The notes under the pieces are model-generated. The model saw only the letters and a list, made by a program, of their open reading frames with translations, was not told the origin of the DNA and searched no databases. Shown here one piece after another: positions 10,499 to 20,266 of a DNA stretch of 64,000 nucleotides. Both the position numbers and the translations under genes were made by a program. Each line of letters opens with the position of its first letter. Positions within the stretch are counted from its first letter, which is position 1. The DNA is taken from the IMG/VR virus record IMGVR_UViG_3300008119_000025. The stretch is one strand, 5' to 3'. Source of the DNA: an uncultured virus (IMG/VR IMGVR_UViG_3300008119_000025). Lineage: Duplodnaviria; Heunggongvirae; Uroviricota; Caudoviricetes.

Positions 10499-11348
10499 GT
10501 TCCAGTTCTTTAATTAAATCGTAGTATTGCAATAAGTCGATAACGTTTGTGTCTTTGATTTTCTGTGTTTTTCCAGGTACGTTAATCAATTCGATGATTT
10601 CGTTTATTTTGATTTGTGTTACTGGGTTGGTTGTTTTTTGGTTAAGAGCACGTAAATGGTTTTTGATTTCAGTGGTCTTGTCTGTGTAGAATTCTTTTAG
10701 GCGTGTTGTATTGTCTACTGAATTCATGTATTCTTTCAGTATTGCTTTTTGTTCCGGGGTGAAATTGTTGTATTTTGTGTTGAATTTCTCCATGGATATC
10801 TTGTATGACAATAAACGAACATCTTTGTCTTCGTTTATGAATGCATCCATCACATCGTCTTTTACTTTTTTCTCAGTGATTGGTGCAGCAGTCAAATGTT
10901 CAAGTATGGTAATTTTGTTGTTGATTACTTGTTCAGGATCAACTGTATTAGCTGGTTGTGTGTATGTTTCTAGTAATGTATAGAATGCTGCGTATACTTT
11001 GTAGTTTGGCAGTTTGTGGTTGAAAAATTGTTCTATGTTGTAGTGTTCTTTGATTTCCTTAATCAAATTGTATTTTTGGCGTTTGATAGTGCCTTTGTTT
11101 AAGGATTGCGATGATTCAACCAATGTGTTAACTATCACATTTGCTTTAGTTTCGGTCAATGTGGTTTTCTTCAACAATGTCTCGTACAATTTGTATTCAC
11201 GGCCCAACTCGGTTTTCACAAAATATTTTTTCAGTAAATCCTTCACTGGTGAATCTTTCCCATCTAATGTATCCGCAGTAATTTGGCGAACCAATAATTC
11301 AAATAGAATACCCGTATTTTTGTACTTCGAATGTTTTATAAGATTCAT
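10485..11348 (-). CDS. hypothetical protein downstream of portal
   Basis: 287 aa ORF preceded by late motif at 11369-11377. Confidence 0.65.
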   Translation of the reverse strand: MNLIKHSKYKNTGILFELLVRQITADTLDGKDSPVKDLLKKYFVKTELGREYKLYETLLKKTTLTETKANVIVNTLVESSQSLNKGTIKRQKYNLIKEIKEHYNIEQFFNHKLPNYKVYAAFYTLLETYTQPANTVDPEQVINNKITILEHLTAAPITEKKVKDDVMDAFINEDKDVRLLSYKISMEKFNTKYNNFTPEQKAILKEYMNSVDNTTRLKEFYTDKTTEIKNHLRALNQKTTNPVTQIKINEIIELINVPGKTQKIKDTNVIDLLQYYDLIKELEHVNG

Positions 11349-11388
11349 TCTGTATAGTTTAGTTTAATTATAAATATATGGAGAGGTA

Positions 11389-13284
11389 TTACTCTCGTAT
11401 CTGTGACTCATCTAGTAGCGAATTTCCCTGGATATCTGACTCGAATATGATGCGTTTCTTGTTTTTGTTGATTTGGTTGAATAATTCCGTGTTGCGTTTG
11501 TTGCTTTTCTTTGATTCGAGAGCCAATGGTGAACCGCCTTTGTATTGTGGTTTGATTGAATCTGATTCGTCGTTGTCTTTTTTCATACCCATCACACCCA
11601 ACATATCTTTACCAAATGCATGGTCTTGTGTGTTGCGGTTGGTTACTTTTTCTTCAGGGCGACCAAGTGGTTTTTTCTCGTCGTATCCTTCAGGCACTTC
11701 ACCTTCCTCGTATCTGCCACGGCCATATAACGATGCTAAATCATGTGGTGTACCATATGATTTGCCCGTTTCAAGTGGATCATTTCCTTCGTTCTCTACC
11801 TGTGCTATTCTGAATTTACGCTTAGCATCTTGTAGAATCAAGTCTCTATATTCATCGAATTTGTCCTCGCTCAACTGGAATAAATGCTCGTATACGAAAT
11901 CGGTTGGGAATATTTTGTTTTCGATCATTGATGTGGCCAATTCCACTTTCTCTTTCAACAATGCCACTTTCTCTTGTTCAAATATGATTGACGGATTAGT
12001 TAATGACAGTTCGAAATTGGTTAAATTTTCGTCAGTGTAACCTTGTGAATACAAGTGTACCAATGCAATTTTGGTTAATTCGGATACCATGATGCTTTGG
12101 ATGCGAGATATAGTGCGCGCAAAGCGAATATCTTCAGCAGCTAACGTTGATTTACCGGTTAAGTCTTTTTCGTAACCCATGAACGCTTTCGGTACTTTAA
12201 GTGCAGCAAATAATTTGTCGCGTAGGTAAGTTACATCCTGGATTCCATCGTATTGCAGGCCGCCTAAATTGTCGATTTTAGTTGCGTTGTCGTTTCCACG
12301 TACCGGAATATAGAAATCTTCCAGTAAGTTTTGCATGTTGTATTTTAAGTTGTAGTCGCCCGTTTGTTGATCAATGTACGGGGTACGTTTCATTTTGCTG
12401 ATTGTTTTTTGCATGAAGTTTTCCACTTCAGATGGTGCTATATTCCCCACGTTAATGTAGAATATACGTTTTTCAGGTGCACGTACAATTCTGTGAATCA
12501 ACATGGCATCTTCCATCATTGTATATTGCTTGAACAATTTACGGCCCGGTTCCAAATACGATCTACCATATGGTAAAAAGTTGGTATCGGTCAATAGGCG
12601 GAAATGTGCCATCTCGTAATTGTCGAAATATACATCATTTGCGCTGTTAGCTGAATTTGGTACGTTGTAGTAACCATAGTTTGAAGGTGATGATACACCA
12701 TCTGGTTGAAATTTGAATCGAACGGAAGATGGATGATCGCGGTCATATCCGTCTTGTCTTTCAATATGGAATGCGTTGAATGGAATTACATTGTATACAC
12801 CAAATTTGTCGGATATTTCCAGTTTGAGGAAAAAATCACCATATTTGCACATACCTCTAACCCATGGCCATAAATTGAATTCAATGTTTAAAACATCGTA
12901 GAATAAATTGTATAGTATTTGCTGAATGTCTTCGTCTGAGCTGCGTATTTGCAATACCTCGCCCATGTCGTTTTTTAATGTACTTTCATCTGCGATAATA
13001 TCTAATGCAGATGCTACAATGGCATCAGTGTCCATAGCATCGTATTCTGAATACAATGTAGGTCGGAGTGTTTGGTAGTTGAAGCTACTTTGATACCCAT
13101 ATATGGATGTGTGGGTGTTTGTCCATATTCTACTAAATCTGTCTACCAATGAGTTGGTTTCGTATTTACCAGATTGTTGGATTTTATTGATGTCCATAAC
13201 TTTCAAACCGCCACCTTCATTGCGTATGATTACGTCTGTTGAAAATAACCGTTTAAGTCTGGAAAGTAAATTAACTTCTGCCAT
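11389..13284 (-). CDS. portal protein (T4 gp20-like)
   Basis: MEDAMLIHRIVRAPEKRIFYINVGN, EDFYIPVRG, LFAALKVP, EDIRFARTI motifs. Confidence 0.95.
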   Translation of the reverse strand: MAEVNLLSRLKRLFSTDVIIRNEGGGLKVMDINKIQQSGKYETNSLVDRFSRIWTNTHTSIYGYQSSFNYQTLRPTLYSEYDAMDTDAIVASALDIIADESTLKNDMGEVLQIRSSDEDIQQILYNLFYDVLNIEFNLWPWVRGMCKYGDFFLKLEISDKFGVYNVIPFNAFHIERQDGYDRDHPSSVRFKFQPDGVSSPSNYGYYNVPNSANSANDVYFDNYEMAHFRLLTDTNFLPYGRSYLEPGRKLFKQYTMMEDAMLIHRIVRAPEKRIFYINVGNIAPSEVENFMQKTISKMKRTPYIDQQTGDYNLKYNMQNLLEDFYIPVRGNDNATKIDNLGGLQYDGIQDVTYLRDKLFAALKVPKAFMGYEKDLTGKSTLAAEDIRFARTISRIQSIMVSELTKIALVHLYSQGYTDENLTNFELSLTNPSIIFEQEKVALLKEKVELATSMIENKIFPTDFVYEHLFQLSEDKFDEYRDLILQDAKRKFRIAQVENEGNDPLETGKSYGTPHDLASLYGRGRYEEGEVPEGYDEKKPLGRPEEKVTNRNTQDHAFGKDMLGVMGMKKDNDESDSIKPQYKGGSPLALESKKSNKRNTELFNQINKNKKRIIFESDIQGNSLLDESQIRE

Positions 13285-13304
13285 GTTTTGTTTTGTTTAT
13301 ATGT

Positions 13305-14885
13305 TTAAAGTAACCACGAGATATCCTCACTCCCACCATATGGGTTTTGGATATTGTATGGATTTGTGTTGTTGTTTGATGAATAGCCTCCAGAATATGG
13401 GTTGGTAGATGTTGACATACTGTTAAGTATACTACGAGTCATGTCCATTCCTTGCTGTCTCATTTTAAATGACGTCTCACGTAAATAGCAGGCCACAGCA
13501 AATGCCATGATTAAATCATCGTTGTATCCAGTTTGTGCTTCCGGTCTACCGTTTTTCCATATGAACACTTTCATTTCTTCAAGCAATCTAGCGGAATATA
13601 CGATAGCACTTTTGTCTGTCACAGCCTCTTGGAACTTTCCTATGGCAATAGGTCGTGTTGCCTGGGTTAATGAGAATCCAGCGGTCATTTTGTTGGTGTC
13701 CATGAATGGATCGAAGAATGAGTTTGAAATGCTACCACGTGGTGTATGGTATAGATTTTGGTAACCACGCTCAATTACGGTCTGTACTGTGGACCATCCA
13801 ATGGATGAATTCTCAATGGATAACAGTGCATTGTTGTATTCAGTGGCAATACCCACTAGCAAATAGCCAAATTCTTTCGTGCCTAATTGTCCACGGTATT
13901 CGCCAACTTGGGTGAAGTTTTCAACATCGATGATATGGAATGTTGAATAATCTTTCCCGTCGCCTCGGGCTACATCGGCTGAAATTAGATAGTTGCGTGA
14001 ATAGTCAGCTGGTTCCCATATCCACAGGTTTTGGTCAATTCCGCGTTTCTCAAGTGGTTCACGGATGAATGACTGTTCGTAGAATGCTATATCCTCTGGG
14101 TAGAATACGGTGTCACCGGATGTTTCAAAGTTACAGTCACATTCTTGTGCCGCCATTCTATGACCCAAATCGGAGTCTTGTCTGTCGCGCCATTCTTGGT
14201 TACGTTCGGGATGTACTTGCCATGGCAGGCGGATGGGAAGGAAACTGTTTTCACCCAACTCGGAAGCAACCCATGTTTTATGGAACCAGTTACCGGTACC
14301 ATATGGAGTGGATAGTGCTATACAACCCCCACCAGTTGCTAATGTTTGTTGAGCTGATGCCCATATCTCACCGATGTTGTTAATGAACGCTGCCTCATCG
14401 ATTAGTAGCAAAGATACTGCTTCTGATCGACCTGCATCAGATGATGCTGATGTTGCTTTGATTTGCGAGCCGTTGTTTAAGCGGAGGGTGAGTTTGTTGA
14501 ATTCGGTTGGTTTGTCTTTTTCTTTTAACCACGTTGGTAAATTATCGTACATGAATTTTACCTTGGTTACCATGTTTTTGGCGGTATCCTGTTTGGTTGC
14601 AATACAAAGTATGTTTTTGTCTTGGTGGAATAACATCAACCACAATGAATATCCAGCCGCTAGTGTAGATATACCTAACTGTCTAGATTTGAGTACAATG
14701 GAGTACGGGTTTTCCTGGAATAGGGTGAGTACTTTCTCCTGGAATGGGTATAGGTTAAATTGGATACGTCCGCGTTTTGGGTGCTGGATGTAGCAATATT
14801 TTTTCATGAAATATGCGGGTGAGGTTGCACATTTAATGTACTCTTCCTTGATTATTTCGCGTAAACTTTTCTTGCTTTCTTCCAT
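13305..14885 (-). CDS. terminase large subunit (T4 gp17-like)
   Basis: KSRQLGIST Walker A, LLIDEAAF Walker B, STPYG, DVARGDGKDYS and NDDLIMA nuclease motifs; no intein seen. Confidence 0.95.
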   Translation of the reverse strand: MEESKKSLREIIKEEYIKCATSPAYFMKKYCYIQHPKRGRIQFNLYPFQEKVLTLFQENPYSIVLKSRQLGISTLAAGYSLWLMLFHQDKNILCIATKQDTAKNMVTKVKFMYDNLPTWLKEKDKPTEFNKLTLRLNNGSQIKATSASSDAGRSEAVSLLLIDEAAFINNIGEIWASAQQTLATGGGCIALSTPYGTGNWFHKTWVASELGENSFLPIRLPWQVHPERNQEWRDRQDSDLGHRMAAQECDCNFETSGDTVFYPEDIAFYEQSFIREPLEKRGIDQNLWIWEPADYSRNYLISADVARGDGKDYSTFHIIDVENFTQVGEYRGQLGTKEFGYLLVGIATEYNNALLSIENSSIGWSTVQTVIERGYQNLYHTPRGSISNSFFDPFMDTNKMTAGFSLTQATRPIAIGKFQEAVTDKSAIVYSARLLEEMKVFIWKNGRPEAQTGYNDDLIMAFAVACYLRETSFKMRQQGMDMTRSILNSMSTSTNPYSGGYSSNNNTNPYNIQNPYGGSEDISWLL

Positions 14886-15314
14886 CTATTTTGCAGTTAC
14901 AATGAATGTAAGTAAACCCATCACCGCAACCAATCCACCAGCTAAATAACCAGTTGCATTTTCGTAAAACGATAACTTTTCCCCCAACGTTTCATTCTCT
15001 GTTTCAAGTTTGAATATCATGTCGTTTTGGATAAGTTGATTTTTTGAATATAACGATATTTGATTTTGGTAATTGGTGGTTTTTTGTTCGTATATCGATA
15101 TCACACTGTCCTTGTGTGATATAAGTAACTGTTGATACGCCACTATTTGTGTCGTTTCTTTTAGCTCTTCTCGGATTGCATCACATTGCACTAGATCCTT
15201 TGCTACGTTTTGTGCTGTTTTGTATGGTAAGCAGATTTTACTTGTATCTTTCTGTGAAAAAACTATGCAATTGAGTAGAAGTGTAACTGTTAATATTTTT
15301 AATTTTAATATCAT
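14886..15314 (-). CDS. secreted/membrane coiled-coil protein, spanin-like candidate
   Basis: Likely start MILKLK at 15314; signal peptide ending VFS-Q; coiled coil; C-terminal transmembrane helix; overlaps upstream gene by about 77 nt. Confidence 0.5.
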   Translation of the reverse strand: MILKLKILTVTLLLNCIVFSQKDTSKICLPYKTAQNVAKDLVQCDAIREELKETTQIVAYQQLLISHKDSVISIYEQKTTNYQNQISLYSKNQLIQNDMIFKLETENETLGEKLSFYENATGYLAGGLVAVMGLLTFIVTAK

Positions 15315-15591
15315 AATACGAACGTATGTTGAGTATGTTTTGTTGGGTTTTGTCAATAGCAATGTTAATTGAATCTATTGAGTGTTGGTGATTGACAATT
15401 ACACCATCCAGTTTATGTTGCTGGGATTGTAGGTGTTGTATGACTTTTGATATGCTGTCGAGTTGTTGTTTTTGTCTGGTTAAATCAAGTGGTTTGGTTC
15501 CACACGATTTAGTGGATAGGAATAAAACAACAAGGGTAATACATAATAGTATTACCGTTGATAAGTTAATATGGATTACCCTGTCGTTCAT
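15238..15591 (-). CDS. membrane-anchored coiled-coil protein, spanin-like candidate
   Basis: N-terminal hydrophobic helix, KSC possible lipobox, then coiled coil. Confidence 0.5.
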   Translation of the reverse strand: MNDRVIHINLSTVILLCITLVVLFLSTKSCGTKPLDLTRQKQQLDSISKVIQHLQSQQHKLDGVIVNHQHSIDSINIAIDKTQQNILNIRSYYDIKIKNINSYTSTQLHSFFTERYK

Positions 15592-15599
15592 TGTATTAA

Positions 15600-16574
15600 T
15601 TATATGTTGACTTGTTTCAATTTGTCCATTGCCATTTCAATGCGCATTTTATCTGCTGATAATTTTTTACGTGTTTCCATGTCTGATGAACCAGCTAATG
15701 ATTTAAGTTCAGCTGTAACTCTTTCCAACTCATTTCTCAACATACCGTATTTTTCAGCGCGTGTAGTACCACCTTTTGATTTTGCTGCCGCTTTCATTGC
15801 TGCTGCATCTGCTTTGTCTTCTGGTTCCATTTTCGCTTTCGGTTCAGCTTTTGCAGGTGTTGATTTAGCTGCTGCAGGTTTTTCTGCTTTAGGTGCAGCT
15901 GCAGGTTTTTCAGTTGCTTTACGCCCACGTGGTCCTGGCTCATATTCGCCTAGCGCTTTAGCTACTGCTTTTTCTGTTTGCGGTCCACCTAAATTTGCTG
16001 TGTATTTTGGATCGCCACCGTATTTTTCTTCTTGTGCCATCAATGCGTCCTCTACTTCAGGTGCAAGTTCAGGTCGTTTCTTTTTACTTAATATGATTTT
16101 TGAAATGTCTTTTGCGGTTGCATCTGGGAATTGGTCTTTCAATTTTTCTGATGCAGTTTTGATTGCTGCAAATAGTTCAGCACCTTTCTCACCACCGATG
16201 AATGGCATTTCGTTCAATGTCTCTTCGTCCAATTGCTCTTCTTCAGATAATTTTTTGTATTTACTTTGAAATTCTGGTGATTTTTCTGTCGCATCATCTG
16301 GGTCGATAGTTGCTGCGAATCCTTTGGATGCGTTTTTAGGGTCTTTCAAACCAAACAATCCAGCCTCATTTACATTAAACGTGTTTGCAATAACTTCCAA
16401 TTGTGCAATTTGCGCATCTAATTCGTCGCGCAATTTTTTCAAGTTTTCCACTTGATTCAACATGCCATTTACTTCACGTTGTTGGTCTTGTGGTGATGCG
16501 TACATCGGTTCGTTTTCGCCTAAGTAACTAGATATTTCCTCGCGAATGATTTCCATTAAGTAATTTTTCTTCAT
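15600..16574 (-). CDS. hypothetical protein with Lys/Ala/Pro-rich segment, probable internal head protein
   Basis: IIREEI leader, LxE sites, AAAPKAEKP repeats; late motif at 16592-16601. Confidence 0.55.
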   Translation of the reverse strand: MKKNYLMEIIREEISSYLGENEPMYASPQDQQREVNGMLNQVENLKKLRDELDAQIAQLEVIANTFNVNEAGLFGLKDPKNASKGFAATIDPDDATEKSPEFQSKYKKLSEEEQLDEETLNEMPFIGGEKGAELFAAIKTASEKLKDQFPDATAKDISKIILSKKKRPELAPEVEDALMAQEEKYGGDPKYTANLGGPQTEKAVAKALGEYEPGPRGRKATEKPAAAPKAEKPAAAKSTPAKAEPKAKMEPEDKADAAAMKAAAKSKGGTTRAEKYGMLRNELERVTAELKSLAGSSDMETRKKLSADKMRIEMAMDKLKQVNI

Positions 16575-16590
16575 TTGAATATGATTTTAG

Positions 16591-17133
16591 TTATAAATAT
16601 GTGGGAAACAATGTCTGTTTAACTTTCTGCACCCTCTCATCGACAGATCCCGTCAATTCTGCGTAGTGTTTAATCTGGCTTAAATTTTTGCGGCATATGT
16701 TTTTAATTTCATTGTCGATAGCCATTCTATATACTGGATCAATTGTTCGTACTCCATTGTCTTCGATATCTACCCCATCAGGTGATATGTAAAATATATA
16801 GTCGTATTCTGAAATTAAATTATATGCTAAATTGCGGAAATCTGCTTTTTGGTAGAATGGTATGGATTTGGATAATTCAGTAAATGCAATCACGTCAATT
16901 ATTGTGCGATCGGTGATGATGGATGGGTGGATTAATTCGCTAGCACGTTCTGCCATAAATATCACCTGCCCTTTGATGGTTGAATCTGTGTTTAATGGTA
17001 TGCCCAGATCACGTAAATATTTTGAACGTTCAGTAGCAAATACATACTCTTTGAATTCAGGTAATTGTTTGAGTGCGTTCACTAGTGTGGTTTTGCCTAC
17101 ACTAACGCTGCCTGTGAAACCTATTTTAGCCAT
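16591..17133 (-). CDS. AAA_28/NadR-type P-loop kinase/ATPase
   Basis: KIGFTGSVSVGKTTL, ITDRTIID, YDYIFY, EDNGVR; start moved to MAKIG. Confidence 0.8.
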   Translation of the reverse strand: MAKIGFTGSVSVGKTTLVNALKQLPEFKEYVFATERSKYLRDLGIPLNTDSTIKGQVIFMAERASELIHPSIITDRTIIDVIAFTELSKSIPFYQKADFRNLAYNLISEYDYIFYISPDGVDIEDNGVRTIDPVYRMAIDNEIKNICRKNLSQIKHYAELTGSVDERVQKVKQTLFPTYL

Positions 17134-17272
17134 ATAACTTATTATTTTAATGTAAATAATATACAAATAAAGCTTGGCTATGCCAAGCTTCTCTAGAACT
17201 CGATGATGTCGCCCTGTTCCCATTCATTTTCCATAACGTGTATATTTGAGGTGGTTATGGTAATAAATACGG

Positions 17273-18583
17273 TTAGATAGACGAGGCTGCCAATACTCCG
17301 TGCGCTGCACTCACAGCAATTCCACGTGATGATAAACTATCGCCTACAAAATGAACGTTTGGATAATCTACCAATGATAAATCATCGTAGTTTACAAGTA
17401 CCTCCTCGCTCAAAAATTTCACCTCTGGGATGTAAATACCGTAATCGTCGCCGAACTGGAATACTGAATTTAAATCGGATATGAAGTTGGTGATATATTC
17501 AAAGTATCCCTCGAATGCATTATTTACTGCTAGCATAGCCATCCAATCTATTTGTGTGATGTTCATCTCGTGCCCTTCAGCGTTTAATGATGGTTTACGG
17601 CAATTTCCAGGTGAATAATATAGCCCGTTTTTACCATCTTGGCATTTGCCAACTAGTTTCTTTTGAAATTCGAATGGGTTGTCGATACCTTTAATTTCCA
17701 TTATGATGCCAAAATTGGTCATATTGTTGATCATATCGTCTTGTTTGAAACTATGGCCATTGTATGATTTCATACCATATGTTTCTTCTTCAGCTACATA
17801 TGCGGCGTTGTTGTTTGAGCAAAATGTACGCAATGAAACGCGCTCGTTTGGTTTTTGGTATAGTTTGAAATCGTAGGATATATCCACTATTGGTTGCATG
17901 TATTTTTGTGGTAATTCCATGCGTACACCAACTTGTACCGATTTGGGTTCCTTCTTGAGGTTGTATTTGTCGATTAATCGTTGTGTTAAGTCAATACCCG
18001 ATTTACCAGTACCGTAAATTAAACGGTCATATCGAATGGATGATATTCCGGTGATAGATGCATCATCGTTTATCCACACTTCACGTGAATTAAAGTCAAT
18101 ATCATCTACATGAGTTTCCCACATGAATTTTACACCGTTTTCCACTAACCAATCGTACCATCTTTTACCCATGTCGTGTAAATAGTTTGTACCAATATGG
18201 TATGTTGGTGCCATACGTAAATTAAAGTATGGTTTGATGAAATCCGGTTCTTCAACTGGGTTGGAGAACATTACTTTGTCTGGTTCTGGGTGGAAACGGA
18301 GGATGTATTGCCATGACTCGTTAATAAGTTCGTCTGCTTTATCCTCGCCGGTGTATTTTGCTAATTGCCCGCCTATAGTGTTATGTAGATATACCCATTT
18401 TCCATCCGAGAAGAGACCCGCTCCAGCGAAACCATGCATTACTTCGCTTGGTTGACGATTGTATGGGTCCTTCCCAGCATCGATGATGGTGATGTTGTTT
18501 CCGTTAAGTCCACCGTCAATTAATTTTGTTGCAGCATTAATACCCGCTACACCACCACCTACAATAACTATTCGTTTATCCAT
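17273..18583 (-). CDS. FAD-dependent oxidoreductase
   Basis: IVIVGGGVAG Rossmann motif, GFAGAGLFSDGK, RTFC, YNGHS, PEVKF, FVGD. Confidence 0.85.
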   Translation of the reverse strand: MDKRIVIVGGGVAGINAATKLIDGGLNGNNITIIDAGKDPYNRQPSEVMHGFAGAGLFSDGKWVYLHNTIGGQLAKYTGEDKADELINESWQYILRFHPEPDKVMFSNPVEEPDFIKPYFNLRMAPTYHIGTNYLHDMGKRWYDWLVENGVKFMWETHVDDIDFNSREVWINDDASITGISSIRYDRLIYGTGKSGIDLTQRLIDKYNLKKEPKSVQVGVRMELPQKYMQPIVDISYDFKLYQKPNERVSLRTFCSNNNAAYVAEEETYGMKSYNGHSFKQDDMINNMTNFGIIMEIKGIDNPFEFQKKLVGKCQDGKNGLYYSPGNCRKPSLNAEGHEMNITQIDWMAMLAVNNAFEGYFEYITNFISDLNSVFQFGDDYGIYIPEVKFLSEEVLVNYDDLSLVDYPNVHFVGDSLSSRGIAVSAAHGVLAASSI

Positions 18584-19041
18584 GTTGGTTTGTTGTTTAA
18601 TTTGTTCCATTGTAACTGTTTAATTTTAACTTTGTCTTCTATATAAAACGTGCGATACGCTTGTATTGTGTTTTCTTGTTTAAACGCATCGGGCATACAC
18701 TGCGGGGGATCAACGAATTTAACGTTGGGTAAACGCGGTTCATTGTCACGTAACCACTCCAGCACATCTTGTGTTTTGTGGCGCTTACCGTAGCGCTTTT
18801 CAAATTCAGCGCATACCTCTAGACCATGACGGATAGTCCATCTATAATGGTGTATAGAGGCTCGTACCCATTTTGTTGAAGGGTGATTAACATGCGATTT
18901 TTTGTATGGCGCGCTCGAGCCATTTTCCCAGTGAGCAACACTACACATTTGTGCGCTTTCGATTTGCATTTTACGGATGTGGTCATCTGCCAATTGTTGC
19001 GCTGCTTTTTTCGGATCATTGTCAATGTAAAATATGTTCAT
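18568..19041 (-). CDS. pyrimidine-dimer DNA glycosylase family protein (DenV-related)
   Basis: MNIFY...DDHIRKMQIESAQM, YKKSHVNHPSTKW, PQCMPD, AYRTFY. Confidence 0.75.
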   Translation of the reverse strand: MNIFYIDNDPKKAAQQLADDHIRKMQIESAQMCSVAHWENGSSAPYKKSHVNHPSTKWVRASIHHYRWTIRHGLEVCAEFEKRYGKRHKTQDVLEWLRDNEPRLPNVKFVDPPQCMPDAFKQENTIQAYRTFYIEDKVKIKQLQWNKLNNKPTWINE

Positions 19042-19067
19042 AACTTTTATTTGTACTAAATATACGT

Positions 19068-19152
19068 AAAATAAAATGTGGCTCCAAACACTTTCGCGTA
19101 AGGAGCCACAGCTTCCATAAGTTTATTTAATTCGACCGGCTATGAATCGGTC
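19068..19152 (-). ncRNA. structured 3' element: GACCG-AUUCAUAGC-CGGUC hairpin plus terminator hairpin
   Basis: 5-bp stem with 9-nt loop; loop can also pair with UUAUGGA 3' of it (pseudoknot); TGTGGCTCC/GGAGCCACA hairpin followed by TTTTATTTT. Confidence 0.6.
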
Positions 19153-19160
19153 TGGATGTG

Positions 19161-19466
19161 TTAGTTGATTTTGGTAACGTTTAATACTGAATCGCCGCTA
19201 GTGAACATTGAATTTGCTTCCTCTGCTGCGTCTCTCCAGAAATTGTATCCGCTAGTTTCCATGCGCTCAGCACGGTCAATTTGTTCTTGTGTTACGGTAA
19301 CTGTTGCCTCGTCAAATGAATCACGTTTTGAAGTGGTGAATTCAATTTTATATGTGCCGGGACCTGCCGGAAACATGTCTTTTAAGTTGGATTCGTTTAG
19401 TGTAGTTTCAGCTACCACTTTTTGAATTTCTTCTTTAATAATGCGACGTAAATCAGATTTGTTCAT
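19161..19466 (-). CDS. hypothetical protein with head-targeting-like leader
   Basis: Starts MNKSDLRRIIKEEIQKVV...LNE. Confidence 0.55.
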   Translation of the reverse strand: MNKSDLRRIIKEEIQKVVAETTLNESNLKDMFPAGPGTYKIEFTTSKRDSFDEATVTVTQEQIDRAERMETSGYNFWRDAAEEANSMFTSGDSVLNVTKIN

Positions 19467-19722
19467 GTTTGTATATTTTCAGTTTTAATGTACCGTCACC
19501 TTTAATTAAACGGTGATACGTGTGTTTAGGTATAAATATATGTTCTTTTAGTGAGGTAGGCAAGTTATCGTCTAACTGGATATGCCAGTTTGTGTCCTCT
19601 AATATTTCGATGGTGCGATCTTCAGCATCCATATGCCACATCATCTCAATCGGGTCTACATTTTCGTTGAATTCACGAATGATGTAGGTATCGGTTGTTT
19701 CTATGTCGGTGTATGGGGTCAT
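19453..19722 (-). CDS. small cupin-like protein
   Basis: WHMDAEDR...IFIPKHTYHRLIKG. Confidence 0.6.
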   Translation of the reverse strand: MTPYTDIETTDTYIIREFNENVDPIEMMWHMDAEDRTIEILEDTNWHIQLDDNLPTSLKEHIFIPKHTYHRLIKGDGTLKLKIYKHEQI

Positions 19723-19725
19723 GCT

Positions 19726-19878
19726 TTATGGTAATTCGGGTGTATTGTCGTGGTTGCATTTGTGGCAAATATATAAATCGTCTCCACCATCCGCAATATC
19801 CCATTTCCAACCACAATTGTCGCATATTACTTGTGTAGCGGTTACTATTTCTCTTAATATGTCTAGCAATTTAATCAT
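19726..19878 (-). CDS. small zinc-ribbon protein (not in ORF track)
   Basis: MIKLLDILREIVTATQVICDNCGWKWDIADGGDDLYICHKCNHDNTPELP, 50 aa, two CxxC pairs. Confidence 0.6.
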   Translation of the reverse strand: MIKLLDILREIVTATQVICDNCGWKWDIADGGDDLYICHKCNHDNTPELP

Positions 19879-19888
19879 ACGTGTGGTT

Positions 19889-20266
19889 TTATTTTTGCTC
19901 GTCTACCCACCAAATACAAACATATTCTGTTGGTTCGGCTGGTATTTCACCATTTCCATGCCAGTCAATGTAGTATTGACCTTCACACAATTGTGTGGAC
20001 TCGTTCCATTTAGCACAATTGGCGCACATGGCACCTCCGTTTGGAACGGATTTTGCTGGTTGGAAACCGTCTGGGAATTGTAGGTCGGGGGTAGTTTCTT
20101 CGTTTAATTTGTTGATTGCTTTACCTGCTTTCACAGCCGCATCATATGCTTTACTGCCTTTGCGAGCCGGTTTTTCTCCACGTTCACGTTTAGCGTGGAT
20201 GTTTGCCCATAAACCAGGGTGGTTTTTGAGTGCTTCTTGTATAAATTGTTGTAGTCTATTCATCAC
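19889..20266 (-). CDS. hypothetical protein with C-terminal HiPIP-like four-Cys domain
   Basis: GLWANIHAKR basic segment; CANC...LC...VCIWW. Confidence 0.5.
   Translation of the reverse strand: MMNRLQQFIQEALKNHPGLWANIHAKRERGEKPARKGSKAYDAAVKAGKAINKLNEETTPDLQFPDGFQPAKSVPNGGAMCANCAKWNESTQLCEGQYYIDWHGNGEIPAEPTEYVCIWWVDEQK

Noticed and set aside
19110..19152. preQ1-I riboswitch resemblance (5-bp stem, UUC loop, A-rich tail)
   Set aside because: Loop length and tail deviate, no queuosine genes nearby, and a promoter lies downstream of the terminator, so it is a 3' element; an Rfam search would settle it
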